Below, one piece after another: positions 8,179-19,241 of a DNA stretch of 64,000 nt (position 1 is the first letter of the stretch; each line of letters opens with the position of its first letter). Location of the stretch: NCBI GenBank assembly GCA_963729625.1, contig CAVSOU010000008.1, positions 288,001-352,000 of the forward strand, written 5' to 3'. The translations under genes and the position numbers were made by a program. The stretch is from an uncultured bacterium. Its GTDB lineage: Bacteria; Chloroflexota; UBA5177; JANWHV01. Below the pieces are notes generated by a model. It searched no databases and had not been told where the DNA came from. It saw only the letters and a list, made by a program, of their open reading frames with translations.

Positions 8179-11157
8179 TCAGCCAAGTGCGGCAAGCAGC
8201 AGCTCTGTCTGCTCGAGGTCCTTGCGCGCTCCCAGGCGTCGGAAGATGGCCAGCGCCGCCTGGAGTCGTTCTCGCGCAGAGTTGACATCGCCGCGAGCCA
8301 GCTGCAGCCGGCCGTAGACCGCCAGCAGCCGCCCCTCACCGTGCGGGTAGGCCATCGCATGGGCCAGGGCCAGCCCCTCCTCCAGGGCGTCCGCCGCAGT
8401 CTGCACCGTTCCCTGTCGCAGGGCCACCAACGCCTGCACCCGCAGCGTGTCGACCAGCGCGCGCCGGCACTGCCCTGCCCGCTGCCGCCGCAGCGCCTCC
8501 GCGACCGTGCGCGCGGCCTGCTCGGCATGGCCTAGCTCCAGATAGGCCCAGGCCATCATCGGTAGCACGGGGCTGGTCACCAGCCACTCCTCCATGCCGT
8601 CCCGGTCCAGCAACGGCAGCAGGCGCGCAAGTGCCGCGTCGGGTCGCCCCTGCAGCAGGTCGAGTTCGGCCAGGCAACCCTGCGCTACGCGTTCCGTGAG
8701 GACATTTCCTGTGTTCCGCGCCCTGGCGCTGCACTGCTCCAGATAGCCGGCCGCCTGCTCCCATTCCCCTTCGGCCAGCAACAGACGGCCGGCTTCGAGC
8801 GGCGCTGCGGCATCATAGAAAGGTGCCCGTTCAGGAAGCTCCTGGAAGCGCTCGATGCAGGCGTGTGCCTCGCCCCACGCGCCGTTGAAGAAGGCTTGAG
8901 CCGTAAGCCTGATCAGGCCCATTCGCATAAGGATGGGATCACCAAGCCGTTCACCGTGCGCAAGCGCGCGGGTCGCGTGCTGCCTGGCCAGGTCAAGCTC
9001 GCCCCGTGCCTCGGCCAGCAATGCCAGATGCGCGGCCACCGATCCGGATACTTCGAGATCGCCCTCCGAGTCGGCCAGCGCACTGGCCTCCTGGTAGGCC
9101 GCCACAGCCTCCTCCAAACGTCCCAGCATCAGCAGCGCCCAACCGCGCGCCCACTCCGCCCGGGCGAGCAGCCCGTGATCACCGACCACGCGAGCGACTT
9201 CCGCCGCTCGCGTGGCTGCCGCCAGTCCCGCGGGATACTGCCCTTGATCTAGGTAGAGATTGGCCAGAGCACGGTAGAGCGCGGCCAGGCTCGCGGACGG
9301 CCCGACTGCCTTTAGCGATTCCAGCTGCGGCAGGAGGCGCTCGAGCCCCTCCCCCGGCGTTCCCTTACGATAATGCACGCGCCCGATCTGTGCCACCACG
9401 CGGCCCAGGCCTTCCACATCCCCGGCCAGGCGCAACGCTGCTGCTGCTTGCTCCAGCACCTCCAGCGCCCGCGTGAAGTGGCCGCTGGTGAGCAGGACCG
9501 CGCCCAGCTTCTCCAGTAGCCGCGCCGCCTCGACCGGGCGGCCCAGCCCGTCCAGGCGGGTGATCGCCTCCCGGTAGTATCCTTCCGCGGCGCCATGGGC
9601 CGCCTGGTCCCGCGCCGCGTCACCGGCTTGCTCCCAGTACGACACTGCTCGCTCCGGCACATCGCTGCGCCCGTAGTGGTAGGCCAGCACATCGGGTGGT
9701 GTAGCTTCGGGACGCCCCTCGAGCGCTTCGGCCGTCTGCCGGTGCAGCAATCGCCGCCGCGCCTGCCCCAGGTCGCTCTCCGCCACCTCGCGAATCACGT
9801 CGTGGACGAAGCCGTAGGCGTCGTCGCCCACCTCCTCCAGCAACCCGGCCCGGCAGGCCTGCTCCAGGGCCTCGATCACCTCTGACTCCGGGCGGGCCAG
9901 CACGCCCAGCAATAGCGCGCGCGGCGTCACCCGCCCGGCCACGGCTGCCGCGGCCAGCAGCGCCTGTCCCGCCTCCGGCAGCGCCCGTATCCGCCGCCGC
10001 AGACTCTGCCGCAGGTCCCAGGGCAGGCCCGCGGAGGCCGGCTCCGCACCGCCCTCGCCCTCCAGGCTTCTGGCGTAGCTCACCAAGAAGAAGGGCACGC
10101 CGCCCAGCCGCTGCACCATTTGCGCCGCCAGCGCCGGCGCCACCCGTTCCACATCGCCGCGCAGCGAGGCAAAGAGCTCCTCTGCCTCATGCTCGGCCAG
10201 CGGCCGGAGCGTCCGAAGAGTCACCAGCTGGGCCTCGGCCAGCTCGGCACAGGTGACGGCGAGGGGGTGGTCCACTGCCATGTCCGTGGCCCGGTAGGCG
10301 CCGATCACGCGCAGCGGCGGGCCGGCGGTACGCATGAGCGAGACCAGCAGCTCCAGCGCGTCGGCACCCGCCCATTGCAGGTCGTCCAGCACCAGCAAGG
10401 TACCTGCCGGCCCCGCCACGTTGGCCAGGAATCTGGCCACCGCCCGGAACAGCAGCCGGCGCTCCTGCTCGGGAGAGACGACCCAGTGCGGCAACGGCTC
10501 AATCGGTCCCTCGGCCAGCTCCGGCAGCAGGCGGACCAGCCAGGCACAGCCCTGCAGCTCGGTTCGCAGCTGGTCCGACGACCGGCTCCGCAGGTGCTGC
10601 TCCAGCGCCTCGAGCAGCGGGGCATAGGGCGCCTGACCGCCCTGTCGCTGGCAGCCGCCCGCTAGCACCCCCCAGCCTGCCGTAAGGGCCCGCTGCACGG
10701 CGTGCTGCAGCAGGCGAGTCTTGCCGATGCCGGGCTCCCCGGCCAGCAGGAGCGCAGGCGGTCCCTCGCCGGCCAGGTGCCGCGCCAGCAGACTCAGCTC
10801 CTGACCACGCCCCACCAGCACCAGGCCCGCAGCCTCCCGAGCGGGCACGCTGGCGGCCGCGGGTGCCATCGGCCCCACCGTGCCGGCTGGCCCGCGCCGG
10901 CGGGGCACGGCGGCCTCCAGGGTGGCGGCCTCGTGCGCGTCGAGGCCAAGAGCCTGCGTCAGCAGGCGCACGCTCTCGCGGTACGGCGCCTGCCGCAAGC
11001 CGCGCTCGTAGGCACTCACGGCCCGCACCGACAGGCTGGCGCGCTCGGCCAGCGCCTCCTGCGAGAGCCCGGCGGCGAGGCGGTAGCGTCTGAGCAGCGC
11101 GCCGAACGGCGGCTGCTGCGCCTGGGCATTCGAAGGGGCTGGCACTGACGTCCTCAT
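8179..11157 (-). CDS. XRE-HTH + AAA (STAND) ATPase + TPR regulator
   Basis: FGALLRRYRLAAGLSQEALAERA, Walker A GEPGIGKT, Walker B LLVLDDLQWA, FVHDVIRE, TPR tail. Start uncertain (11157 or 11223). Confidence 0.9.
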   Translation of the reverse strand: MRTSVPAPSNAQAQQPPFGALLRRYRLAAGLSQEALAERASLSVRAVSAYERGLRQAPYRESVRLLTQALGLDAHEAATLEAAVPRRRGPAGTVGPMAPAAASVPAREAAGLVLVGRGQELSLLARHLAGEGPPALLLAGEPGIGKTRLLQHAVQRALTAGWGVLAGGCQRQGGQAPYAPLLEALEQHLRSRSSDQLRTELQGCAWLVRLLPELAEGPIEPLPHWVVSPEQERRLLFRAVARFLANVAGPAGTLLVLDDLQWAGADALELLVSLMRTAGPPLRVIGAYRATDMAVDHPLAVTCAELAEAQLVTLRTLRPLAEHEAEELFASLRGDVERVAPALAAQMVQRLGGVPFFLVSYARSLEGEGGAEPASAGLPWDLRQSLRRRIRALPEAGQALLAAAAVAGRVTPRALLLGVLARPESEVIEALEQACRAGLLEEVGDDAYGFVHDVIREVAESDLGQARRRLLHRQTAEALEGRPEATPPDVLAYHYGRSDVPERAVSYWEQAGDAARDQAAHGAAEGYYREAITRLDGLGRPVEAARLLEKLGAVLLTSGHFTRALEVLEQAAAALRLAGDVEGLGRVVAQIGRVHYRKGTPGEGLERLLPQLESLKAVGPSASLAALYRALANLYLDQGQYPAGLAAATRAAEVARVVGDHGLLARAEWARGWALLMLGRLEEAVAAYQEASALADSEGDLEVSGSVAAHLALLAEARGELDLARQHATRALAHGERLGDPILMRMGLIRLTAQAFFNGAWGEAHACIERFQELPERAPFYDAAAPLEAGRLLLAEGEWEQAAGYLEQCSARARNTGNVLTERVAQGCLAELDLLQGRPDAALARLLPLLDRDGMEEWLVTSPVLPMMAWAYLELGHAEQAARTVAEALRRQRAGQCRRALVDTLRVQALVALRQGTVQTAADALEEGLALAHAMAYPHGEGRLLAVYGRLQLARGDVNSARERLQAALAIFRRLGARKDLEQTELLLAALG

Positions 11158-11494
11158 CGCAGTCGGCAGGCTGGCGGCCGTCTCACGCGAGCGCGCAGGA
11201 CTGGGGCGGCGCTGCCGCCCCATAGGATCAGCGTAGCATCGCGCGCGCAAGAGTGATCGCGTGCGGCCAGCGCAGCCGCAACCGTGTGCGGCAACTGTGG
11301 GGGGCGAGCGTATGGAGTGTGTGTGGGACCCACCGGCCGACTTACCCAGACTGGAAGAGAGAGGCCCGCGGACCACGGGGCCTCAGGGCAAGCGCGGGAG
11401 GACGGAGGGTGGACGCGTACCAGCGTGCTGCGCACGGCATCCGGCGTGCGGTCCTGCCGGTGACGATGCGCCTGCAACCCGCCGGACAGGCCCG

Positions 11495-11956
11495 ATGAAG
11501 TTCTGCGCACTCATTTCTGCCCTTGCCGGACTGCTCGCGGGTGCCGGCATGCACCTCGGCCTGCCAGCGACGTCAGGCCCCGTGTATACGATCGCGCAGG
11601 TGGAGATTGGGCTGTTCCAGAACGCACCGGCCTGGACGGACAGGACCTTCCTGCTCCGCGGGACTGCCGTCCGGTATTCATGCCTCACCGGGCCCTGGAC
11701 CTGTGGTCCGCAGGACTTCCTGGTCGAGGATGCCGGGCCGGCGCCGCCGTCGGGCCCGCTGCCGCTCGCCGGATCGGACCATAACAGCGCGCTCGCCTTC
11801 CTGCTCCGGATCCCCTGGCTGCGTGGCCTGCTGCCCTGGAGCCCGGTGGTGCTCTGGGATGTGCCGGCCACATATCGTGTCCGCCTGCAACCTCTACCCT
11901 GCGGGACGATCAACCCCGGCTGCTACGAGGCTGTGCCCCAGTTTGCGGCACTCTGA
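11495..11956 (+). CDS. Small exported hypothetical protein with four Cys in the mature part
   Basis: MKFCALISALAGLLAGAG signal/anchor; CLTGPWTC and CGTINPGC pairs. Confidence 0.6.
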   Translation: MKFCALISALAGLLAGAGMHLGLPATSGPVYTIAQVEIGLFQNAPAWTDRTFLLRGTAVRYSCLTGPWTCGPQDFLVEDAGPAPPSGPLPLAGSDHNSALAFLLRIPWLRGLLPWSPVVLWDVPATYRVRLQPLPCGTINPGCYEAVPQFAAL

Positions 11957-12656
11957 ACGGGGTCGGGTCCTGCCCAGCCTCGTGCGGTCCCCAATACTGC
12001 GGATCGCCGGTCGCAAGCGGCCTTAACACATGCGCCCAAGTCGTTGTTCCGTTGAACTGCGAGGGCTCGGGCCAACTGAGCAGTGATGTAGCGCGTTGCC
12101 TGTCGTATGCGTATGCACCGCAATAGGCCCGGGTTGCAGGCCGTGCAGCTGTAGACAATAAGCGTGAGCCCGCTACAATGTGACGTACGGATGACGGCCT
12201 TCGGACTGGCCAGCCCCTGCGAGACGCCAGAACACTACCAGCGGCGCATGGCGGTGTGGTCGGCATGACCGTGAACGGAAGCGCGGCGAACGGGCAGTGG
12301 TCAGGAGTGTCTCGAATTCTGGCACGCGTGAGAAGTCCCGGATGCCCTGCGTGACCGGTGTGAGGTCCGTGCTCATGGGGGGCAAGCGGCTGTGGTCGAC
12401 TCGCAGGCGATCCCTACTGATCGATGAACGTGCGCGCCGCGCCCCCTGGGGAGATAGCCTGCATCGTGTCGCTTTCCTTCGCTGGCGTTCGGCGCTATGC
12501 CATCTGACTGCCCGCGCGTTCCCGCCGCGCATCCTCCCCCCGTGTGGGCCATCACCTCCCGCCTCAATGTGCCGGTCCACTCGTCTGCACCGCACGTGCT
12601 CGATATGGTCCGGTCTGCTAGCCTGGTGGAAGAGACGCACAGCCGTGAGGTGAACC

Positions 12657-15600
12657 ATGCCGCCCGTACCATCGCGCCCGTTTGGTTCCCTGCTCAAGGA
12701 GTACCGGATGGCAGCCGGGCTGACGCAGGAGCTCCTGGCCGAGCGTGCCGGTCTGGGCGTGCGCAGCATTCAAGCGCTCGAGCGCGGCCAGAGCCAGCCG
12801 CAGCGTGACACGCTGCACCGGCTTGCGAATGCGCTGGGCCTCCAGGACGATGACCGGGCCCGGCTCACCGCTGCCGGAGCGCCGGCCCCGCGCCGGCTCG
12901 TACCGGCCGGGGCGATCACCACTCCACCGCGCATGGCCAACGCACCGCCGGGCGAGCAGCACGCGGAACCGGCGATCACGCGTGCGCAGGGAGGGCTGCT
13001 CGGCGACGTACTGGCAACAGCTGGCGGAATGCGGGCCTGGTTCCCGCTTGCTGCTCAGGCTTCGCTGTTGGTCGGTCGCGCTCGCGAGCTGGCGCTGCTC
13101 GACCGGCATCTGGCTGGCGAAGGGCCGCCGCTCCTATTCCTCACTGGCCAGCCCGGTATCGGTAAGTCGCGACTCCTGCAGGAGGCTGTGCGGTGCGCCC
13201 AAGTGCGGGGTTGGTGCGTCCTGGCCGGCGGCTGCACACGCAGTGGCGGCCAACAGCCGTTTGCTCCAGTGCTCCAGGCGCTTCAGGGCTACCTCGCCCA
13301 ACGTGCGCCAGCCGAGCAGCGCGCGGATCTGCGCGGCTGCGCTTGGCTCGTCCGCCTGCTACCGGAGCTGGCTGGCACGACCGAGCCGCTCCCCGGCTGG
13401 CAGCTGCCGCCCGAGCAGGAGCGTCGCTTGATGTTCGACGCAGTGCGGCGCTTTCTAGCGAACGTGGCGGGCTCGGCGGGAACCCTGTTGTTGCTCGACG
13501 ATCTGCACTGGGCCGGCGCCGACGCGTTCGACTTGCTGGTCAGTGTGCTGCACCAGCCGCCCGGGGCGCCGCTGCGCGTGGTGGCCGCCGCCCGTGACAC
13601 TGATATCACGCCCGAGCATCCCCTCGGCATGACCCTTGCAGACCTGGCGGAAGCGCAGCTTGTGATGCTGCGGCCCGTACGCCCGCTGGCGCTCCAGGAA
13701 GCGGAGACGCTGTTCGTTCAGCTGTTGGGTGAGCGCCAGCAATCGGGAGCAGCCCTGGCCACGCGCGTGGCACAGTGGACCGGCGGTGTGCCCTTCTATC
13801 TGGTCAGCTACGCCAGGGGCTCGGAGGGCCAGGACGAAGTGGAGAGGTCTTCGCCAGGCGTGCCCTGGGATGTGCGCCAGAGCATCGTGCGGCGGATCAC
13901 TGCCTTGGCCGAGCCGGCGCGGGAGATACTGGCGGCGACGGCAGTGGTTGGGCGCGTGGCGCCACGCGCCCTGCTGCTGGCGGTGCTGGCGCAGCCGGAA
14001 CACGACCTGCTGGCTGCGCTCGAGACCGCCTGTCGGGCTGGGCTGATGGAGGAGGCAGGGGAGGACGCCTATGGCTTTGTCCATGACGTGATCCGGGATG
14101 TGGTGGAGGTCGAGCTGGGACTGGCGCGGCGCCGCGCGCTGCACCGGCAGGTCGCCGAGGCACTGGAGCGCACGCCTGTGGCTGCGCCGGTAGAGGCGCT
14201 CTCGTACCACTTCCGGCAAGCAGGCGAGCCCGCGCGTGCCGCCGTGTACCTGGAGCAGGCAGGCGACCAGGCGGCGGTGCAGTTCGCCCATGCTGCGGCG
14301 GCTGACCATTATCGGGAGCTGGTAACCTGCCTGGAAGGCCAGGGACGTGAGCCCGACCTCCAACGCTCCCGCGAGAAGCTGGGCGGTGCCCTGGTGCACA
14401 TGGCGCAGTACGACGAAGCGCTCGTGGTGCTCGACGAGGCGGCAGGCTCGTACCAGCGGGTGGGTGACCTGACGGGGCTAGCCCGGGTCGAGGCGCAGAT
14501 CGCCGGCATGTTCACCGCAAAGGGTGCCTTTCCGGCAGGTATAGCACGTTTACGACCGGTCGTGGAGGCGTTGGAAGCCGGCAGCCCCTCTGCCGAGAAG
14601 GCCACGGCGCACCTCTGGCTGGCCCAGCTCTTGGTGGTGAATGGCCAGCCGGACAGCGGCATGGCACAGGCGAGTCGTGGGGAGGAGATCGCGCGTGCCG
14701 CGGCCGATCGTCCTCTCGTGGCGCTCGCGCTCGCGGTCCGCGCGCACGCCTGCATGATGGCGAGCCTTGCCGACGAAGCCCTGCGGGCTGCCGAGGAGGC
14801 CGACGCACTGGCTGGACCCGAGGACAATTGGTGGCCATGCCACATGCTGGCCTGGACCTATGAAGAGCGCGGCGAGTACGAGCGAGGCAGAGTGGTCGCA
14901 GAACGCCTGCTCGCACGCGTGGAACGCGCACACGACCTTGTCGGCATCATCCCCACGATGAGCCGGCTGGGTCTGGACGCCTTCCTGAGCGGCGACTGGG
15001 CCGCCGGCCGCGCCTATTTGGAACGCGGCCTGGCAGTCGCCCATCAGCTGGGCCTTACAGTCGGGCACACCTACACGACACCTCGCCTCGATCTGGGGCG
15101 CCTCCTGCATGCCGCGGGTGAATTGGACGAGGCGGCGGCGTACTTCGAGGAGGTGCTTGCTGCCTTTGCTGGCACCGGCGAGCGGCTACAGACACTCGTG
15201 GCCCACGGCCATCTCGCCGAACGCGACGTGCTGGCCGGGCGGCCCGAGGCGGGCTGCGCGCGCCTCCTCCCACTGCTCGACCAGCCGGGCCAGGAGGAGC
15301 GCATGGTGACGCACTTCATTCTGCCGGTGCTTGCCTTGGCGCAGCTCGAGGCAGGCCAGATCGACCAGGCTGCCAGTACGGTGCGCGAGACACTTGAGCG
15401 GGCGCGACTCGGCACATGCCGGCTCCCGTGGGCGCAGACGATGCGGGTGCAAGCCATGGTGCTGCTCGCGCAGAAGCGCTGGGACGAGGTCGAGCAGGCT
15501 GTAGAGGACGGCCTGGTGCTGACACGGAGCATGCCGTACCCGCACGGCGAGGGCCGCCTTCTCCATGTTTACGGCCGGCTGCATGTGGCGCGCGGGGAAA

Positions 15601-15767
15601 CGGAGTCCGCGCGCGCGCGGCTGGAGGCAGCGCTGGCCATCTTCCGGCGGCTGGGAGCGCGCATCGACAGCGAGCGTGCCGAGCACGACCTACGGGGTCT
15701 GCAGCCGCCGTCACACGCCGTGCCGCTGGCCGACACGCCGCCCGGCAAGGTAACTGCGCAGGAATGA
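12657..15767 (+). CDS. XRE-HTH + AAA (STAND) ATPase + TPR regulator, paralog of 8179-11157
   Basis: FGSLLKEYRMAAGLTQELLAERAG, GQPGIGKS, LLLLDDLHWA; GAGGTGA RBS. Confidence 0.92.
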   Translation: MPPVPSRPFGSLLKEYRMAAGLTQELLAERAGLGVRSIQALERGQSQPQRDTLHRLANALGLQDDDRARLTAAGAPAPRRLVPAGAITTPPRMANAPPGEQHAEPAITRAQGGLLGDVLATAGGMRAWFPLAAQASLLVGRARELALLDRHLAGEGPPLLFLTGQPGIGKSRLLQEAVRCAQVRGWCVLAGGCTRSGGQQPFAPVLQALQGYLAQRAPAEQRADLRGCAWLVRLLPELAGTTEPLPGWQLPPEQERRLMFDAVRRFLANVAGSAGTLLLLDDLHWAGADAFDLLVSVLHQPPGAPLRVVAAARDTDITPEHPLGMTLADLAEAQLVMLRPVRPLALQEAETLFVQLLGERQQSGAALATRVAQWTGGVPFYLVSYARGSEGQDEVERSSPGVPWDVRQSIVRRITALAEPAREILAATAVVGRVAPRALLLAVLAQPEHDLLAALETACRAGLMEEAGEDAYGFVHDVIRDVVEVELGLARRRALHRQVAEALERTPVAAPVEALSYHFRQAGEPARAAVYLEQAGDQAAVQFAHAAAADHYRELVTCLEGQGREPDLQRSREKLGGALVHMAQYDEALVVLDEAAGSYQRVGDLTGLARVEAQIAGMFTAKGAFPAGIARLRPVVEALEAGSPSAEKATAHLWLAQLLVVNGQPDSGMAQASRGEEIARAAADRPLVALALAVRAHACMMASLADEALRAAEEADALAGPEDNWWPCHMLAWTYEERGEYERGRVVAERLLARVERAHDLVGIIPTMSRLGLDAFLSGDWAAGRAYLERGLAVAHQLGLTVGHTYTTPRLDLGRLLHAAGELDEAAAYFEEVLAAFAGTGERLQTLVAHGHLAERDVLAGRPEAGCARLLPLLDQPGQEERMVTHFILPVLALAQLEAGQIDQAASTVRETLERARLGTCRLPWAQTMRVQAMVLLAQKRWDEVEQAVEDGLVLTRSMPYPHGEGRLLHVYGRLHVARGETESARARLEAALAIFRRLGARIDSERAEHDLRGLQPPSHAVPLADTPPGKVTAQE

Positions 15768-15962
15768 CAGCAGCGCAACGCGGCGGGGGCGCGCCATGCC
15801 GTCCGGCACTCCGGCACCGAACAGGTACGGGCTGGTGAGCGGCCACGGCTCCAGCGCGGCATCGGCCGGGTCGGCCGGGGGATTGGCGAACTGCGCGTCT
15901 ACCATCTGGGTCATCAGTGGCGGCAGCCAGGCCCGCGCCCAGGACATATCTTGCTTGCTCAT
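15711..15962 (-). pseudogene. Possible truncated gene (N-terminal remnant)
   Basis: AGGAGAG RBS before ATG; the 3' end overlaps the convergent regulator; no recognisable domain. Confidence 0.3.
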
Positions 15963-16129
15963 GGTGTGCTTCTCTCCTGCTCTGCTCCACTACGTTCGCC
16001 AGGTTTCCTTGATGAGTATCAGTCTGCGCCTGGACGCCTGTGCCTACCACGCAGACCAGCAGTATTGGCCGCAGGATTAGCGACGGTCCGCTAGTTATGC
16101 GGGTCGCGCCTGTAGCGGTCGGCCCGTCC

Positions 16130-16336
16130 GAGAGCGCGTTGCGGGCGCGCTTTGGCGTCAAGGGTGAACGCCCGCACGACCCGGCGGTGCTCTGCGGGCT
16201 GCTGCTCTACGGCTACACGCGCAGCCTGTTCAGTCAACGCAAGCTGCAGCGGGCGACCTACGAGGATGTGGCGTACCGCTTTGTGGCGGGAGACCCGCGT
16301 CCGGACGACGACGCGCTAGCCCACGTCCGCGAGTGA
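16130..16336 (+). mobile_element. IS1182-family transposase N-terminal (DUF772) fragment
   Basis: GERPHDPAVLCGLLLYGYTRSLFSQRKLQRATYEDVAYRFVAGDPRPD. Confidence 0.8.
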
Positions 16337-16684
16337 CTTGCGCCCATACCGCTCGCGGATGCGCGTCAGGCTGGAGTGGTCGGGCAGCGGCTCGTCCAGG
16401 TCATAGCCGACGTACCAACGCGCCCCGAGCCGATCCGCCACCAAGCGCAGCAACTGCCGCTCGGACCGAATACCCTCGAAAAACATGACCAGCTCAAGCT
16501 TGAAGAAGACGATCGGGTCGATGCTCGGTCGGCCCGCCACAGCGTAGTAGAGCGCCACCAGCGTGCGGACGAATGTCAGGTCCAGCACCCGATCCAACTG
16601 GCGATAGAAGTGGTCGCGCGGCACCAACTGCTCTAGCGTCAGGTGCTCGATCGGCGCGAACTCCCGTGCTTTGAACCCCATCAT
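16316..16684 (-). mobile_element. IS1182-family transposase N-terminal (DUF772) fragment, different subgroup
   Basis: LEQLVPRDHFYR...GRPSIDPIVFFKL...GIRSERQL...LDEPLPDHSSLTRIRERYG, then an abrupt end; GGAGG RBS. Confidence 0.88.
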
Positions 16685-17194
16685 CTGCCCGCCTCCTGCC
16701 CACCGACCCCAACCGTCGTACGCTCCAGATTGGAGTACGCCGGCATAGGGATCAAGCAGGCCGGGCAGTACCGGCTTTTCAACAGGCTGCGCCGATGTCT
16801 CGCATTTCGTGGCCATGACACGGCGCTCGTCGGCGCGGCGGTCTGAGCCGGCGGGGTAGCCTTGGTCGACGCCGCTGCAGTGGGCGTAATCGAGGTGCCT
16901 GGGAACGGCGCTGCCTGGAGTGCGTCGTGGCCGCCCCGGCAACGGTGCGGTCGGCTGTTCATGGGCAGGGCGCAGGTTCGGCCGTATAATCGAGGCGTAG
17001 TGGATGCGCTGACCTGCAGCCCGAGAAAGGGTCCGGGGCCTCCAGCACCGCGAGCGGCGATGACCGCTCCGCTCTTGCTGACGCCGGCCTTTGCCTGGAC
17101 ACCCCTGGACTGCGGCGAGCAACTGGTGAACCTGGCCACGATGGAAGTGTCGTGCGCCGGGTTTGTTCCGCTTGGCGCAGGAAGGGGCATCCTC

Positions 17195-18525
17195 ATGAAA
17201 CGGCTCATGGCGCGCAGTCTCATCCTGGTCTTTGCCCTCCTGGCATCCCTGGCCGTTCCCGCTTCCCACGCCGGCCCCACCCGTGCCGCCATCTCGGCGT
17301 CCGCTGGGAACTTACAGCTCACGGTCAGCCCCAAGACCTCAGCCGCGGACACACCGCTCACGATCCGGATCAGTGGGCTGCGGCCAGGTGCGCGCGTCAC
17401 GCTTTCGGTCGCCTCGGTGGACGCGGCCGCCATCACGTGGGGTTTCACGTCTACGTACACGGCCAGTTCAGCGGGGATCGTGGACCCGGCCACCGCGACA
17501 GCAAAAGGCGGCGTGTCGGCGTACGACGGTACCGACGCCATGGGTCCCGTGGACTTCATGGGATCGGCTGCCCCATTCACGTCGGGCACCGGCCCGATGT
17601 GGCCGTTCGGCCTGCCGAGCAGCTTCTGGACGAGCGCGCATGCGTGGACCAGTTGCTCGCTCCGCCTGCAGGGCCAGCACGGCTGCGTGTGGTCCAAGCC
17701 CCTCAGCTTCACGTTCACCGCGACGAGCGGCGGGGCACGCGCCTCGGTGACGATCCAGCACGGACCCGCGCTCCCGGTGACGGCGACCTACGAGTGCCCT
17801 GCGGCCACCGGCTTCTACGGCGTGTTCTGGCAGCCTCCCGCCGGCCAGGACAACCATGTCGGCATCGTGGCGTTCGGCGGCAACGACGGCAGGCATAAAC
17901 CTCCCGGCCGGCGCCATGCTTGCCTCGCGCGGCTATTCCACCCTGGACCTCGCCTTGTGCGACGCGCCGGGCCTCCCCCAGCACTGCACGGGGCACGTCA
18001 GCCTGGAGTACTTCGCCAAGGCGCTCCGCTGGCTCGGGCGCCAACAAGGCATCGATCCCAACCGTCTTTGGGTCATGGGCGCCTCGACGGGCAGCGAGGC
18101 GGCCCTCTTGCTGGGCGTCCACTACCCTAACCTGGTGCACGGGGTGGTCGCCCTGTCATCCGACGACGCGGCCGAGTGCACCATTTGGACCTTCGGGGGC
18201 CAGTCGGTGCCCTGCACTGGCCTCATACCAGTGGCGAAGGTCCAGGGGCCTGTGTTCCAGGACTGCGGGGAGTACGACTCCTCGGGGACAGACCTGCGAC
18301 CATGCCAGGACAGCCATGGCCGTGCTTGCCGCCAGTCACGACCGCTACGCGCATGAGCTACTCGACTACCCCGATGCCGGCCACGGCATCTGCGACCTGC
18401 TGCCCTACTACCCCGGTGTTGCTGCCGTCGACGCCGCGTGGTTCATCAGCGGTACCAGCGAGGTAGCAAACCCGCTCGCGCGTGCCGCCCAGTGGCCAAA
18501 GCTGCTTGCCTTCCTTCGCGATTGA
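17195..18525 (+). pseudogene. Secreted BAAT/acyl-CoA thioesterase-family hydrolase with two frameshifts
   Basis: Signal peptide; N-domain IRISGLRPG...YDGTDAMG; FGGNDG|GIN; nucleophile GASTG; YPDAGHG. These lie in three frames (extra base near 17891 and near 18288). Confidence 0.85.
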
Positions 18526-18707
18526 CCTTTGATTGCCATCGATCCTGCAGGGCCTACGCGTTCCCGGCCGGTTCTGACAGTCCAGCCGAGCTCACTTGCT
18601 GCTGGTGCAAGGCAGCGCCGGCCAAAAGCGGCAGCGCTGGGCTGACGAGCCCGGTGGTGGGCCGTCCCATAGCTTCCCAGGGCGATGGGACGGCCTACCC
18701 GACTCAG

Positions 18708-19221
18708 TCAGTCGCCGATGGCGACGGCCTGCACGTCGACCGTCCGTGCATGGCTGCTAATCCCGCGCACCATCAGGATCGCAACGTAGTCACCGGGCGT
18801 CCCCTCGACGCGGACCGAGCACGAACACTTTACGGTCACATCGCGGTACATGTAGTCGTCGGTCGCTGTGGCAATCACCAGTGGCGCACGGTCGCCCGTG
18901 AACTGGGGGCCGAGGTGCCACGCATGTTCGGCCCAGTACACACCTCTACTGCGCATGACCGTCGGCGCGATGCGCAGGATGGCTACCGGCCGGTCCGCGC
19001 CCTGTGGGCCGGCTGAGGCTGATGCGACCGGCGTATGCGTCAAGAGCGAACCTCCGGCCAGCGCCCCCAGCAGCCCCGCACTGCCGGCCAATAGCTAGGC
19101 GGCGGCTGGTGCCACCGGCAAGTGAACGACCCAGCACCTGTCGGTGCATTCCGGCATTCTCCCTCTCCAGCGCCTCGACCCGGCGCTGCAACACGGCTAC
19201 GGCCTCGTGGAGCGTACTCAT
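18708..19221 (-). pseudogene. Twin-arginine (Tat)-signal-like protein with one frameshift
   Basis: Coiled-coil start LQRRVEALEREN. Removing one base near 19097 gives TSRRQLLAGSAGLLGALAGGSLL...ASA, continuing into ORF 18708-19091. Confidence 0.7.
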
Positions 19222-19241
19222 GCTCTGATTCTCCCCGCCGG

